From Eledone cirrhosa (lineage: Eukaryota), in contig OZ024746.1 in the NCBI GenBank assembly GCA_964016885.1, positions 28,644,001-28,708,000 of the forward strand: a stretch of DNA of 64,000 bases, given 5' to 3'. The notes under the pieces were generated by a model. That model worked only from the letters and a program-made list of their open reading frames with translations, had not been told where the DNA came from and did not search any database. Positions 23,729-37,629 of this stretch are shown in pieces (within the stretch, counting starts at the first letter, position 1; every line of letters starts with the position of its first letter). The translations under genes and the position numbers were made by a program.

Positions 23729-24236
23729 ACTGATGTATAATATAATGATCATGAAATTCTATGGTCACTCAATGAGAGAATTGGAGCTAAAATCCAATAC
23801 CATAGAGTGCTTGCACACTGCCATTGTCATAAAATCACATATCTGATATTTTACATAGAACAATACAATCAGGCTAAACACAGAGAGACATAATAAGTAT
23901 TATACTCACATTGCACTATGTCTTTATAATGGCCTAAGTAGTGCCATTTAATGTTAAAAATCATCAACATTTAACGCAGCGTTAAATGCTGCAGCTAAGA
24001 ATTAGCAATCATCAGTAGGGATCTTGTAATTCCAGAAAACTATTAGTTCTCAAAGAATGGGAGACACACCATTGCTCAGATCACGTGTAAAGAAAAAGAA
24101 AATTTCAACTTTCTATAGGATGAAATTGGTAAGTGGTAACGCTAGAAATAGCTCACATACTAATTCACAAAAGACTGCAAAAGATAGGAACATAAATATC
24201 GGAGATCGACATATACTATATTGATAATGCGGCTCC

Positions 24237-24335
<99 letters not shown>

Positions 24336-24855
24336 AATATAAATTAGCGAGAATCGTATTTCGGCTTTGGAATTAGCGAAAAACAACTTCCGAGTAGTGT
24401 GGCAAGCGCTCAATAATTCTGACGAACCAGAGCTACAACATACGTTAAAGGCCAAACACACTGAGACGATGGTTAAACCGTCATCCGCACAGCCATAGAA
24501 ACGACCAAGTAATTCGGGTCAAACAAATAAAAAAATATGTGATTGAAAAATTTACCCGGACCCCTGGAAGGTTGGTAAAATCCACCATTTGAGTTTCTGC
24601 GACTCCTAAATCAAGTACTTTCCTCTTAGACAAATAATGTTAGGCTTCTGGTAAGATGATTGAACAAGGAAGTCACTTTCTCAACAGGTTTTAGTTCAAG
24701 TGCCAGGCGAAGGAATGACTGTTACCGATAACAACGTGGGGCTCGACAAGGGAGGCAACCCTTATCTTAGGTGGATGAAATTCAGTATGTGTATATCATT
24801 GCAAAAATGCAAAATATCACAAAACGAATTAAGTTCTCAACAGAATGGTTATACA

Positions 24856-24905
<50 letters not shown>

Positions 24906-26126
24906 TCGAAATAGATCTGTATAAGGCCTATAGAGCTAACTATAAGTATACATGTATGTCTATGTCTGTATGCATGTGCATGTGTGTGTGTATATATAAA
25001 TATATATATGTATATATATATATATATATACACACATACACAGCAAAAATTAGGTATTAGGATTGGTGCTCTGAAATAGAGATGTATCCATGAATGTAGG
25101 TATAGTATATTTAGCAATATACCGTATGTTTAGTTAAAAACATTTAGAAGACCATACGCTTTCAGTTTTAAAGTAGTGACTATGTCACTTACTTTCTTTC
25201 GGTGAAAGTAGGGAGAGAAGCTGACAGTCTGTTTCACGCTGGTTGGCGTATATATGTATAGACGCGATTTTCAAGCTTCCGTTTAACAAATTCCATTAAT
25301 TGGTTGAGAAGAGATTAATGAAATAGTGGTTAACGTGGAAGACAGAAGGTGCCGTCATGAAATTGAACTCACGACCTTACGATAGTGTCTCTAGCATCGT
25401 AACCATTACCAAGATCCTTCCTATAATTAATTTAAATTCTTTTGAAGTTTAGACTAAACAGGATTTCTTAGTTAAACCTGAAAATGAAATGTATATGGAA
25501 AAGCAAATGTGAAAGATTTGAGGTTGAGTGTTTTTTTTTTGTTTTTTGTTTTTTTTTTCTTGAGGCATTCACAATAATTGAAACTGTTTAATCTGACAAA
25601 GTTTATATTATACACTGAAAAGACAATTTACTGTGCTGCTATATCAAATAACATGTTTAATTATTTCTTCCACCATCCAAACACCGGTCAGTGCGCTTCT
25701 TCTGACAATTTACATTAAGTTATAATGAAGAGTTCCATACATAAATATCACTATGATGTATTATAAATTATTAAAGAGCTACATGTCTGGTGGTTAAGTA
25801 GTTCGGCCTCGCAAATATGTTGTTCTCAGTTTGATATCTGCACAATGCTGCCACCTTTATTGACTTATACAGAAGTCTCACATCTAACAATATATTACCT
25901 TACGAGATACACTAGGGAGACAGAAGCAGAAAACTGTTCGAAAGCCCGTCGTGTGTATATACATTTATAAAATTACAGATGGCTATACCGAAGGGGATCG
26001 GGAAAAAACACAAAGTTTAATAAGTTACTCAAAACGTTAGTAGAGTATAAATATTTTTATTTTATATAGAAACGACATGCTTTCTACTGGAGTATAATTG
26101 TTTTATTCGTACGAAATCATCAGGAA

Positions 26127-26229
<103 letters not shown>

Positions 26230-26467
26230 AGTATATCTACCAACATATGTATACAGACGTATATTTTACGTCTTTCATACATATATATATATATATATAT
26301 ATAAAGAATTAGTATATCTACCAACATATATATACAGATGCATACCTACGCTAGCAAATATATAGGTTTTGTCTTAGTAACTTTGTGGTTCAATGCAAGG
26401 GGATGCAGAACAATTATATGAAAGACGTAAATATATACTTTCATATATATATATATATATATGTATA

Positions 26468-26720
26468 TGGATCAAAACGAGGTTTCACATTGAGGCTTTT
26501 ATTGATTAGGCTCCGTTGCAAACGTTTCACAGATGGGTGGTCAAGATCCATACGTTATAGGCCCGACTCCCGCCCCAATCTGTTTACCAAAATTTCGTCT
26601 ATGTCGCCATCGTAACAGAGCCTAATTACTAAAAAAACTCAATGTGAAACCTAGTTTTGTTCTTAGTATAGAGCGTTGATATTGGTACCTTTCTCAGCCT
26701 ACCACCACTGAATCACCCTA
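26468..26720. mobile_element. Fold-back PLE-like fragment with tail
   Basis: Imperfect arms AAAACGAGGTTTCACATTGAG...GGCTCCGTTGC / GTAACAGAGCC...CTCAATGTGAAACCTAGTTTT; related fold-back at about 43075-43155. Confidence 0.6.
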
Positions 26721-26724
26721 TCCA

Positions 26725-26833
<109 letters not shown>

Positions 26834-27209
26834 ATAAGTATATGTATATATTAAAGACTGTACCAAACCCAGAGAATCACCAGGCCATAATGTATCCTAA
26901 GAGACTGAGAGTACTGGACCTCGACATCTGGACAGCTCGCGACTTTGTCACAGAGGTAATCCTTAATTCAGGGTTTATAACTTTCCAAATATTTGTAGCA
27001 AGGTCATTGACCAAATATTAGATATTCTTTGAATGTGAAAAGCATTTTTAATACAATGTGTATTGCTAACTTTTTAATTATCATTTTTTTTATCTAAGTG
27101 CGTGTATTATTTGAAACGAAATGTTAACTTACAATGGAAAATTTATGACTGCACAAAAATCGGTCAACGGCTCGTTAAAATAATCAGAAATTAAAATAAA
27201 ATAAATTGA

Positions 27210-27320
27210 AATAATTGTTTCTACTTTTGGCTCAAGGCCAGCAATTATTCCAGTGCATTAGTGGTGGTTTACTTTATTGACCCCGTAAGGATGAAAGGAA
27301 AACTTAACTACTGTTGGTAT
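27210..27320 (-). mobile_element. Nin/Deu-core SINE 3' fragment
   Basis: AATTGTTTCTACTTTTGGCTCAAGGCCAGC...GACCCCGTAAGGATGAAAGG. Confidence 0.75.
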
Positions 27321-27753
27321 TCTTATGTTTCTTTACATGAATAAACTAGAAATCCAACACCCTATCCACTAGAATACACGTTTTCACTGCCATATTACAG
27401 GTGTTTATTTCCTTGCCCCTGGATTAAATCCCAGACTGACATGTCCATGATTTGAACTCATCTATATAAGGAAAGGAAAACCTAGATATATTCGCGTGTT
27501 TTTTTCCAGTACTGCAGTGGGAAATAACTTTGGAGATGTAAGAGTTATGAATTAGTAAAAATAAATACTTTTGGCAATGCTTGCAATGTTGTGATGGAAT
27601 CAGTTATTTTTTTCTCTGTCCAAACAGTAACTGTAAATATATATTATAGTATCAAAATATAATTTTTCAACTGAAGTTTTATTAAACGAACTTGTATAGA
27701 CACTAGCTCGTCATATCTACATCAATCTTCCCCCTTCTCTCTCTTTCCAGTCT

Positions 27754-27818
<65 letters not shown>

Positions 27819-27835
27819 ATCTCTCTCTCTCTCTC

Positions 27836-27913
<78 letters not shown>

Positions 27914-28086
27914 CACACATACTCACACAAGCGTCTGTTTCATTTTTTTGTCCAATTATTATTCATATAGATAACTCTCCGCATACGTGTATAGCAAATG
28001 TATATCTACGTGTCTGTGTGTTTGTATGTGTCGTCTGTGTATATGAAATATGCGTTTGCACACATCCATCAATATGTGATACAGAC

Positions 28087-28145
<59 letters not shown>

Positions 28146-28574
28146 AATACATACATATATTTCTCTATGTGGAGAGGGACATATAGACATTATATGTCCA
28201 TGTAAACACCCAACACATATTCACAGAGATCACACAGACGCATATATACATATATATATAACAACAACTACAACAATAAGGATAAAAATAGTTATAGCAA
28301 AAACATCCTTGTAATTTAATGAATTATTTCATAGAAGACGAATAAAAATGATATCAACTCTTGAGTTTTCAGTTCTAGAGAATAAGCGAATTAAATGAAC
28401 ATACTCACCACACCTGCTGCCACCACCCACCTCACCATCCACCTCCACCCACCACACAACCCATTCCTTTACCGGCTGATGCAACAAAAACATTGTCATC
28501 TACTAAATATTTTAATGCTATACACTCGTGAGATTTGATAGCTAAACAGAAAGAATAAAATAAATATAAATAAC

Positions 28575-31140
28575 ATCAACAAGAAAAGTAACAACAACAC
28601 TAGTGACAACAACAACAAAATCAATAGCAAGAGTAACAATAACAACAGTAAGGACAACAGTAACAATAACAACAGTAAGAACAACAGTAACAATAACAAC
28701 AGTAAGAACAACAACAGTAACAATAACAACAATAAGAACAACAGTAACAATAACAACAGTAAGAACAACAACAAGAACATTAACAACAATAACAACAACA
28801 GTAACAATAACAAGAGTAAGAACAACAGTAACAATAACAACAGTAAGAACAACAACAAGAACATTAACAACAATAACAACAACAGTAACAATAACAACGG
28901 TAAGAACAACAACAAGAACATTAACAACAATAACAACAAAAATAACAATAATAACAGGAACAACAACCTTAGCAACAACAATATCAATAACAACGTCAAC
29001 GACTGTAACTACAGCAACAGAAACACTAATAGTAGCAACAGCAACAACAACGTCAGCAACTGTAACTACAGCAACAGTAACAGTAATAGTAGCAACAGCA
29101 ACAACAACGTCAACAACTGTAACTACAGCAACAGTAACTACAGCAACAGTAACACTAATAGTAACAACAGCAACAACAACGTCAACAACAGTAACTACAG
29201 CAACAGTAAAACTAATAGTAACAACAGCAACAACAACGTCAACAACAGTAACTACAGCAACAGTAACTACAGCAACAGTAACACTAATAGTAGCAACAGC
29301 AACAACAACGTCAACAACTGTAACTACAGCAACAGTAACTACAGCAACAGAAACACTAATAGTAGCAACAGCAACAACAATGTCAACAACTGTAACTACA
29401 GCAACAGTAACTACAGCAACAGTAACACTAATAGTAGCAACAGCAACAACAACGTCAGAAACTGTAACTACAGCAACAGTAACACTAATAGTAACAACAG
29501 CAACAACAACGTCAACAACAGTAACTACAGCAACAGTAACACTAATAGTAGCAACAGCAACAACAACGTCAACAACTGTAACTACAGCAACAGTAACTAC
29601 AGCAACTATAACACTAATAGTAGCAACAGCAACAACAACGTCAACAACTGTAACTACAGCAACAGTAACTACAGCAACAGCAACAACAACGTCAACAACT
29701 GTAACTACAGCAACAGTAACACTAATAGTAGCAACAGTAACAACAACGTCAACAACTGTAACTACAGCAACAGTAACTACAGCAACTATAACACTAATAG
29801 TAGCAACAGCAACAACAACGTCAACAACTGTAACTACAGCAACAGTAACACTAATAGTAGCAACAGCAACAACAACGTCAACAACTGTAACTACAGCAAC
29901 AGCAACAACAACGTCAACAACAGTAACTACAGCAACAGCAACAACAACGTCAACAACTGTAACTACAGCAACAGTAACTACAGCAACAGTAACACTAATA
30001 GTAGCAACAGCAACAACAACGTCAACAACTGTAACTACAGCAACAGTAACACTAATAGTAGCAACAGCAACAACAACGTCAACAACTGTAACTACAGCAA
30101 CAGTAACACTAATAGTAGCAACAGCAACAACAACGTCAACAACTGTAACTACAGCAACAGTAACTACAGCAACAGTAACACTAATAGTAGCAACAGCAAC
30201 AACAACGTCAACAACAGTAACTACAGCAACAGTAACACTAATAGTAGCAACAGCAACAACAACGTCAACAACAGTAACTACAGCAACAGCAACACTAATA
30301 GTAGCAACAGCAACAACAACGTCAACAACTGTAACTACAGCAACAGTAACTACAGCAACAGTAACACTAATAGTAGCAACAGCAACAACAACGTCAACAA
30401 CAGTAACTACAGCAACAGTAACTACAGCAACAGTAACTACAGCAACATTAACACTAATAGTAGCAATAGCAACAACAACGTCAACAACTGTAACTACAGC
30501 AACAGTAACTACAGCAACATTAACACTAATAGTAGCAATAGCAACAACAACGTCAACAACTGTAACTACAGCAACAGTAACTACAGCAACAGTAACACTA
30601 ATAGTAGCAATAGCAACAACAACGTCAACAACTGTAACTACAGCAACAGTAACTACAGCAACAGTAACACTAATAGTAGCAACAGCAACAACAACGTCAA
30701 CAACTGTAACTACAGCAACAGTAACTACAGCAACATTAACACTAATAGTAGCAATAGCAACAACAACGTCAACAACTGTAACTACAGCAACAGTAACTAC
30801 AGCAACATTAACACTAATAGTAGCAATAGCAACAACAACGTCAACAACTGTAACTACAGCAACAGTAACTACAGCAACAGTAACACTAATAGTAGCAATA
30901 GCAACAACAACGTCAACAACTGTAACTACAGCAACAGTAACTACAGCAACAGTAACACTAATAGTAGCAATAGCAACAACAACGTCAACAACTGTAACTA
31001 CAGCAACAGTAACAACAACAACAACAACTACAACACATATTACAACCACAACAGTCACACGAAGTACACCACCACCATCAACAACAACAACAACAATTAC
31101 ACCATCATCATCATCATCATCAACAACAACAACAACCACA
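28575..31140. repeat. (ACA)n-derived minisatellite built from 15-bp and 39/54-bp modules
   Basis: Repeating GTAACTACAGCAACA and ACACTAATAGTAGCAACAGCAACAACAACGTCAACAACT. Confidence 0.95.
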
Positions 31141-31846
31141 ATACTAAAACAGCAACCACAAGTGCACCACCACCAACATCACCATCATCATCATAATCAT
31201 CAGCAACAGCACCATCACCACCAACAGCACCATCACCACCACCATCACCACCACCATCACCACCACCATCATCATCATCAACACCATCACAATCACCAGC
31301 ATCATCAACATCATCATCATCAACATCACCATCATCGTCACCAACATCACCATCGTCGTCACCAACATCACCATCACCCCCTACAAAATCATCATCATCC
31401 TCATAACCATCAGCGTCACCAATATCACCATCATCGTCACCAGCATCAACATCACCACCACAATCATCAACATCATCATCATCACCATCACCGTCACCAA
31501 CATCACCATCATCGTCACCAACATCACCATCACCATCACCACCATCACCATCACCAACATCAACATCACCATCATCGTCACCAACATCACCATCACCAAC
31601 ATCACCATCACCATCACCATCACCATCACCATCACCAACATCACCATCACCATCATCGTCACCAACATCACCATCACCATCACCAACATCACCATCATCG
31701 TCACCAACATCACCATCACCAACATCACCATCACCATCACCATCACCACCATCACCATCACCAACATCACCATCACCATCACCATCACCAACATCACCAT
31801 CACCATCATCAACATCACTATCATCGTCACCAACATCATCATCAGC
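31141..31846. repeat. (CAC/CAT)n complex triplet repeat
   Basis: CACCATCACCAACATCACCATCATCGT modules. Confidence 0.95.
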
Positions 31847-31991
31847 AAGGCAGAACAAAACAATAATAATGGCGTAGAAAATATGACGAATATGAGAAAT
31901 TCTCTCTTTGATATAGAAACCATTTGTTTCGATTATAAGTATTATCTGCTTGATACGATTAGAGAATTGTATGTAATTCAAAAAATATTAA

Positions 31992-32170
31992 CTTTGGGTA
32001 GTAGAGTGGGTCATAGAAAAAGGTTCAGCACTCCGACGGCAGAGCTCAAGCCGTTTCGACTGCTATTTCCGTCCAGAAATAGCCGTCGAAACGGCTTGAG
32101 CTCTGCCGTCGGGGTCCTGAACCTTATTTCCGCTAATCATCAGAATAAGCTCTTGACCAGATGTTTTTAA
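31992..32170. mobile_element. Fold-back element, variant of the GAGCTC-palindrome family
   Basis: AGGTTCAG...GAGCTCAAGCCGTTTCGAC / GTCGAAACGGCTTGAGCTC...CTGAACCT, preceded by GGGTAGTAGAGTGGGT. Confidence 0.75.
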
Positions 32171-32173
32171 CAA

Positions 32174-32220
<47 letters not shown>

Positions 32221-32223
<3 letters not shown>

Positions 32224-32308
32224 TTAAAATAGAAGATCTTCTACAGGACTAGAACTGTTTCATTCTTGAGAAATCATCACAGTTCTAATCCTGTAGAAGT
32301 TCTTCTAT
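32221..32308 (-). mobile_element. Fold-back PLE fragment with hammerhead broken at the core
   Basis: Minus strand TGATGA-tttctcaagaat-GAAA-cagttctagtcctg-TA-gaag (same family as 58188-58240); arms ATAGAAGA...AGAACTG / CAGTTCT...TCTTCTAT. Confidence 0.75.
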
Positions 32309-32862
32309 AAGGCAGAACAAAACAATAATAATGGCGTAGAAAATATGACGAATATGAGAAATTGTCTCTTTGATATAGAACCATTTAGGTCGATTATAAA
32401 CATTATCTGCTTGATACGATTAGAGAATTGTATGTAATTCCAAAAATATTCCAAAATGTCCAGTCTGTTTGGCTACAGAGCTGAATGGAATGGAGAAAAA
32501 TTAGACAGAATAAGTAAACAAAACCGTTAGCAATAATTTACTTCCATCAACTACAATCCAATTCAACAATTTCCATTGTTTTTCTATCAATGTTGTTTTT
32601 CTTATTTCTCATTATTTTTCATATGTCAACAGAAAAAAAAATGTAAATGCAAGTATATATATATATATAAATATATGTGTGTCTATATATGTGTGTCTAT
32701 ATATGTGTGTGTCTGTACGTGCGTTTATAAGTATATATATATATATACAGTATATAGTAATAATAATAAATTTGAAGACTATAATCCAAAGAGGGCTCGA
32801 TAAAGGGTGAAAGCAGCGATTCTTTGCTTAAACTTTAATCTGTTATTTTAATAAATATACAG

Positions 32863-32955
<93 letters not shown>

Positions 32956-33122
32956 GAGGTAAATATCTCACTGAGTACTAAGTACCCATAGAGATATATA
33001 GGGTGTCTATAATATAATTGTTGTTCTATGGTACTAATTCGAGATACCAGAACTATAAAAATTGATGAGGATTTTTTAATTTATTTAAAGGATTATTTAA
33101 TGTTTGTTTGTTCTGCTCATCA

Positions 33123-33167
<45 letters not shown>

Positions 33168-33169
<2 letters not shown>

Positions 33170-33717
33170 GATAAATCTACCAAGAGTTTACGGTAGTGTC
33201 CAATCCGTATGAAGAACTCAATGTATTCCGGATATCATGGAAAGAAGAGATGTAATGAAAAATCACTTTCGGTGAAAGATAAACGGTATACAGAGTCAAG
33301 ATAAAATATTAAACAAATAATGAATAAAACAATGAAACAGTTCCTTATATTAAACAAAAAAAGTTCATTATTTAACGATCGTTTCTAGGATATATATGTG
33401 TTAGAATTGGCATGCATATTCAACAGATCTATGTACAAAATTATACAAAATTATACAAACTATCAAGATTAAATATACATACCAACACATATATACGCCG
33501 TCTTCAGAAATAATCATTTCTGAAGACGGCGTATATATGTGTTGGTATGTATATTTAATCTTGATAGTTTGTATAATTTTGTATAATTTTGTACATAGAT
33601 CTGTTGAATATGCATGCCAATTCTAACACATATATATCCTAGAAACGATCGTTAAATAATGAACTTTTTTTGTTTAATATAAGGAACTGTTTCATTGTTT
33701 TATTCATTATTTGTTTA

Positions 33718-33726
<9 letters not shown>
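33168..33726. mobile_element. TA-flanked PLE-derived insert: about 130-bp tail plus 211-bp inverted repeat
   Basis: 33301-33511 and 33516-33726 are reverse complements with an AATC spacer. Confidence 0.9.
33367..33514 (-). ncRNA. Type I hammerhead ribozyme with long stem II
   Basis: attattt-CTGAAGA-[cggcgtatatatgtgttgg...ctaacacatatatatccta]-GAAA-cgatcg-TT-aaataat; 7-bp stem I, palindromic loop III, GUU site. Confidence 0.7.
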
Positions 33727-33767
<41 letters not shown>

Positions 33768-33769
<2 letters not shown>

Positions 33770-33926
33770 AACCAGGAAGACCACGACGGCTGAGCTCAAG
33801 CCGTTTCGACGGCTTGAGCTCAGCCGTCGGGGTCTTACTGGTTCCTATTACCCACTCTACTACCCTAAGTATTGAGTACTTTGGTGCGTTATGGTCCACC
33901 TGGTTCCTTAGCACATTTCCTTCGTT
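33768..33926 (+). mobile_element. GAGCTC-palindrome fold-back element in (TA)n
   Basis: Palindrome centred on GCCGT-TTCG-ACGGC plus a conserved about 80-bp tail ending CATTTCCTTCGTT. Confidence 0.85.
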
Positions 33927-33993
33927 ATATATATATATATATATATATATTAATTCAAAATATTAACAAAATAGATATTCTTGTGATCAAGTA

Positions 33994-34060
33994 TATTTTA
34001 TTATACATATTTCAGAGGGACTGAGTTAAGTTCAACAGTACGTCCTCATCAGATAAAATA
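33994..34060 (-). ncRNA. Type I hammerhead ribozyme
   Basis: tattttat-CTGATGA-ggacgtactg...cagtccctct-GAAA-tatgta-TA-ataaaata; 8-bp stem I, imperfect stem II. Confidence 0.6.
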
Positions 34061-34654
34061 AGATGATGCATGAGATACCCTGACATAGTAGATGTTTAAG
34101 ATTCAGTCATGGTAGATGGTTAAGATATTACCATGACTGAATCTTAACCATCTAGCACTATGTGTCAATAATTGTCACAAGTGTAGTGTTTGTACCAGAG
34201 TTTTCAAGTCGCTGGCTGCACTAAAAAGTCACATTCGTTCAGCGCATCGGTAGGAGTTCTCTTACATGGATATAAGGTAGTGGCCGTACTCGAAAACGAG
34301 TTGGCAGCCACCATATATGTATGTATATATGTATGTATATATGTATGTATATATGTATGTATATATATATATATACACATATATATATATACACATATAT
34401 ATATATACATATACATATATATATATATACATATACATTTATACATACATACACATACACACACACACTCACACGCACACACACACACACAGATACACAT
34501 ATATATATTTATATATATATATATATTAGGGTGGCCCTTAGCAATAGATGATTTTCAAAAAGTTAAGATATTGCTGCTCCCTCTTCAGGTGATTTTTTCT
34601 TCTTCCTCTTCTTCATCTTTGTCTGCTTCCAACATAACTTGAGCAATATTTGCC

Positions 34655-34885
34655 TTAACCTCTCCTTTCTCTCCTTGTTCTCCTTGCTCTCCTTTTATTC
34701 TTGCTCTCCTTTCTCTCCTTTTCTCCTTTCTCTCCTTGCTCTCGTTGCTCTCCTTTTCTCCTTGTTCTCCTTGCTCTTCTTTTCTACCTGTTCCCCTTGC
34801 TCTCCTTTTCTCATGCTCTCCTTGTTCTCCTTGCTCTCCTTGCTCTCCTTGCTCTTCTTTTCTCCTTGCTCTCCCTTTCTCCTTG
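34655..34885. repeat. 9-bp pyrimidine-rich minisatellite (CTCCTTGCT variants)
   Basis: Direct inspection. Confidence 0.9.
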
Positions 34886-35611
34886 TATCTATATACTTGT
34901 TTATATACAAATACAATGAGAAAAGAGGAGCAAGGAGGAGAAATATGAAAGCAAGAATAGTAAGGAGAGTATATATATATACATATCATATATACATATA
35001 TATATGTATATAGTGTGTGTATATATATATATATATATACTACTCAATACCTAGTACTCATTTCTCTCAGCTGTCAAACACATATATGTATATTATGGTG
35101 GCCCTTAGTAATAGCTAAGTTTCCGAAAGTGAAAACTTTGCTGCTGCCACAGCGAAAAATAAGTGTTTGCCCTAAACCTGCGCTCTGTACCGCGCTTTGT
35201 AATTTGCCTTCCCCATTATATTTATTGTCACTTATCCTTCTAATACCAAGAGTAAGTCTGAACAAGTTTTTAATTTAAGAGAAAATTACATAGGAGATAA
35301 ACATTTTTCATCTGAATAAATGACTTTCCGGGCGAAAACTTCAAAATTTCAAGGTCGATGAGGGTCACCTTGCAGTTGTCTACTTGAGCTAAAGTTTTAC
35401 TTAGATTGGTGTATTCTAAAAGTATAACTTTGATAGGTTTCGACCAGTATTGGCCTAGGCCATGTCTAACTTAATGACACCAGATGGGGAAGACTTTCAA
35501 ATCAGGATGGACACCATTGCCCACTTAAGTAGAGAGTTATTGATTACGGAACCATATCTATTTGAGCTTTTCTAGTCGACCCCCATATTCAAGGCCTGTC
35601 GTGCTATCTAT

Positions 35612-35855
35612 CATGTTTGAGTGTGTCCTTTGAGGTGTTTAAATGTTCATACTTTCCTTCGCGTGGGGAGACCACAGTGGACAACAGTATTCAATGTGGG
35701 GTCGGCAAAAGTACAGGATAATGGTATGGATAGCTCTCGACTGAAAAGTTCTGAGTATGCAGGAACACATTCTGCGGGCCATGTCAACTTTGCTGTTTAT
35801 ATGAATGTCACAGATTATTTAGTTGTCAACAATTACTCCCAGGTCCCTGAGAGAA
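35612..35855 (-). pseudogene. CR1-group LINE RT C-terminal remnant
   Basis: LRDLGVIVD...ILRTF...RPHIEYCCPLWSPH...QR. Confidence 0.75.
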
Positions 35856-35873
35856 GGGAATATGGCTCATTAT

Positions 35874-35933
<60 letters not shown>

Positions 35934-36022
35934 ATAATAATAATAGTTATACTTATATATGGTTTATATATAATTATAAATATGGAGATATGGAGGGGAG
36001 TACTAAGTAATAGCCTGTTACC

Positions 36023-36099
<77 letters not shown>

Positions 36100-36459
36100 A
36101 TATGTATAAATATATATGTATAAATATATATGTCTGTGTGTATGTATAGACATATATATATCTATATATAAATGTGTATATGCGTGTATCTATATATCAG
36201 TACGTATGTGCGTGAAACATTTGGTATAAGAATGATATTAGAAACAATTAAGTACATGTTCCGTGTTATCATCGAAATACCTCGGCTATTTATTTTCTAT
36301 ATTTCCGTACACTCGTTCGTATCTTGTCATAGTCATGCATATGTATAAAATAGTCGAAAGGTTAGTTTAGTTATGCTAACCTATGTGTAGATTGTTTGAC
36401 TAATTCCCTCAAACTATTTGATTAGTTGCCATAATCTCACTCATAAACACTTGTTGTAA

Positions 36460-36676
36460 CCCATTCATTACCATATTTCTGAAAAAAGACAATGCCTATA
36501 AGTTTCCAAATTATTGGAAACTATTCAATAATTAGAAGTCTTTGATATAATTAACTTTCTTATTAAGTTGGTGTTTAGAATATAACTTAAATAAAAATTA
36601 TGTTGACAGGTTTTTAGATAAACAATTTTATAACATAGAAGCAGGGGTGGTTTGAGGTAGTTTGGTATCGAAATGG
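36460..36676. mobile_element. piggyBac-like MITE (same family as 21715-22006)
   Basis: (G)TAA|CCCATTCATTACCA ... TGGTATCGAAATGG|TTAA. Confidence 0.5.
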
Positions 36677-37594
36677 TTAATCTATAAACTCCAATGACTT
36701 TATCAAATATTTGTGGGTAACAACGCAGTAGATAGTGTTTGTGGGTAACATCACAAAACAGCTTTTGTGGGTAACATCAGCGTGACATAGTGTGTGACAA
36801 TAGTGGCAATTTGAATTAAAGGTATATCTCATTTTCCACATCGGCGTAAACCGTAGTAAATTGAAATAAAGTGCCTCAACGAATTACGCAACGCACTGCC
36901 TAGCATAGAACTCACAGCCTTGTGGTTGTGAGCCGAATACATTAACCACGAAGCCACACCCCTTAACAATAGCTTCTCTATAAACAGAAGAATCAGCTAC
37001 TGAAATGATGTTTAAATCCTACATAGGTATAACCGTCACGTTTTTCCTTGCTTTAAATAAAGAATTAATAACCAAATATATAGGAAGAATATATATTTTT
37101 ATTACATAACAGAGCTATTAGGTAATGCATCCCTGATTGATTTCACTCTTTTATTTCCATATATAATATTTCATGGCTCCTCGCAGAAAGATCGTAAATT
37201 ATTTGTAGCCATTTTAATGGTACAATCGTGCTAATAGTGAAGTTGTAGTGACTGTGTAGTAAAGGTGAGTTTAATGAAGAGAGAAACGTTTAAATTATTT
37301 CAATCAGTACAATACGTCGCTTACACGGAGTTCCAAGGTTTATCTATTAGAGCAGATGCGTGTTTGTGTGTGTATGTATATGTGTATGTGTGTGTATGTG
37401 TGGGTATGTGTGTGTATGTGTGGGTATGGGTGTCTGTGTGTGTGTATTTGTGTCTCTACGTGTGTGTATGTAAGTGTGTGTAAGACTGTCAGATAGGATG
37501 AAAATTATTCCAGGTGTACGAACAGCTCCAGAAGGATTTAAGGGCCGATGGCATGGTACAGGTATTTCACCATCGATAAGAGTAAAGATGCGTG

Positions 37595-37629
<35 letters not shown>

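Noticed and set aside
24345-24800. Higher-complexity stretch that might be an exon
   Set aside because: No recognisable protein motif or consistent splice and frame support
34528-35160. Repeated GGTGGCCCTTAG.AATAG motif as a DNA transposon TIR
   Set aside because: Two direct copies but no inverted partner found
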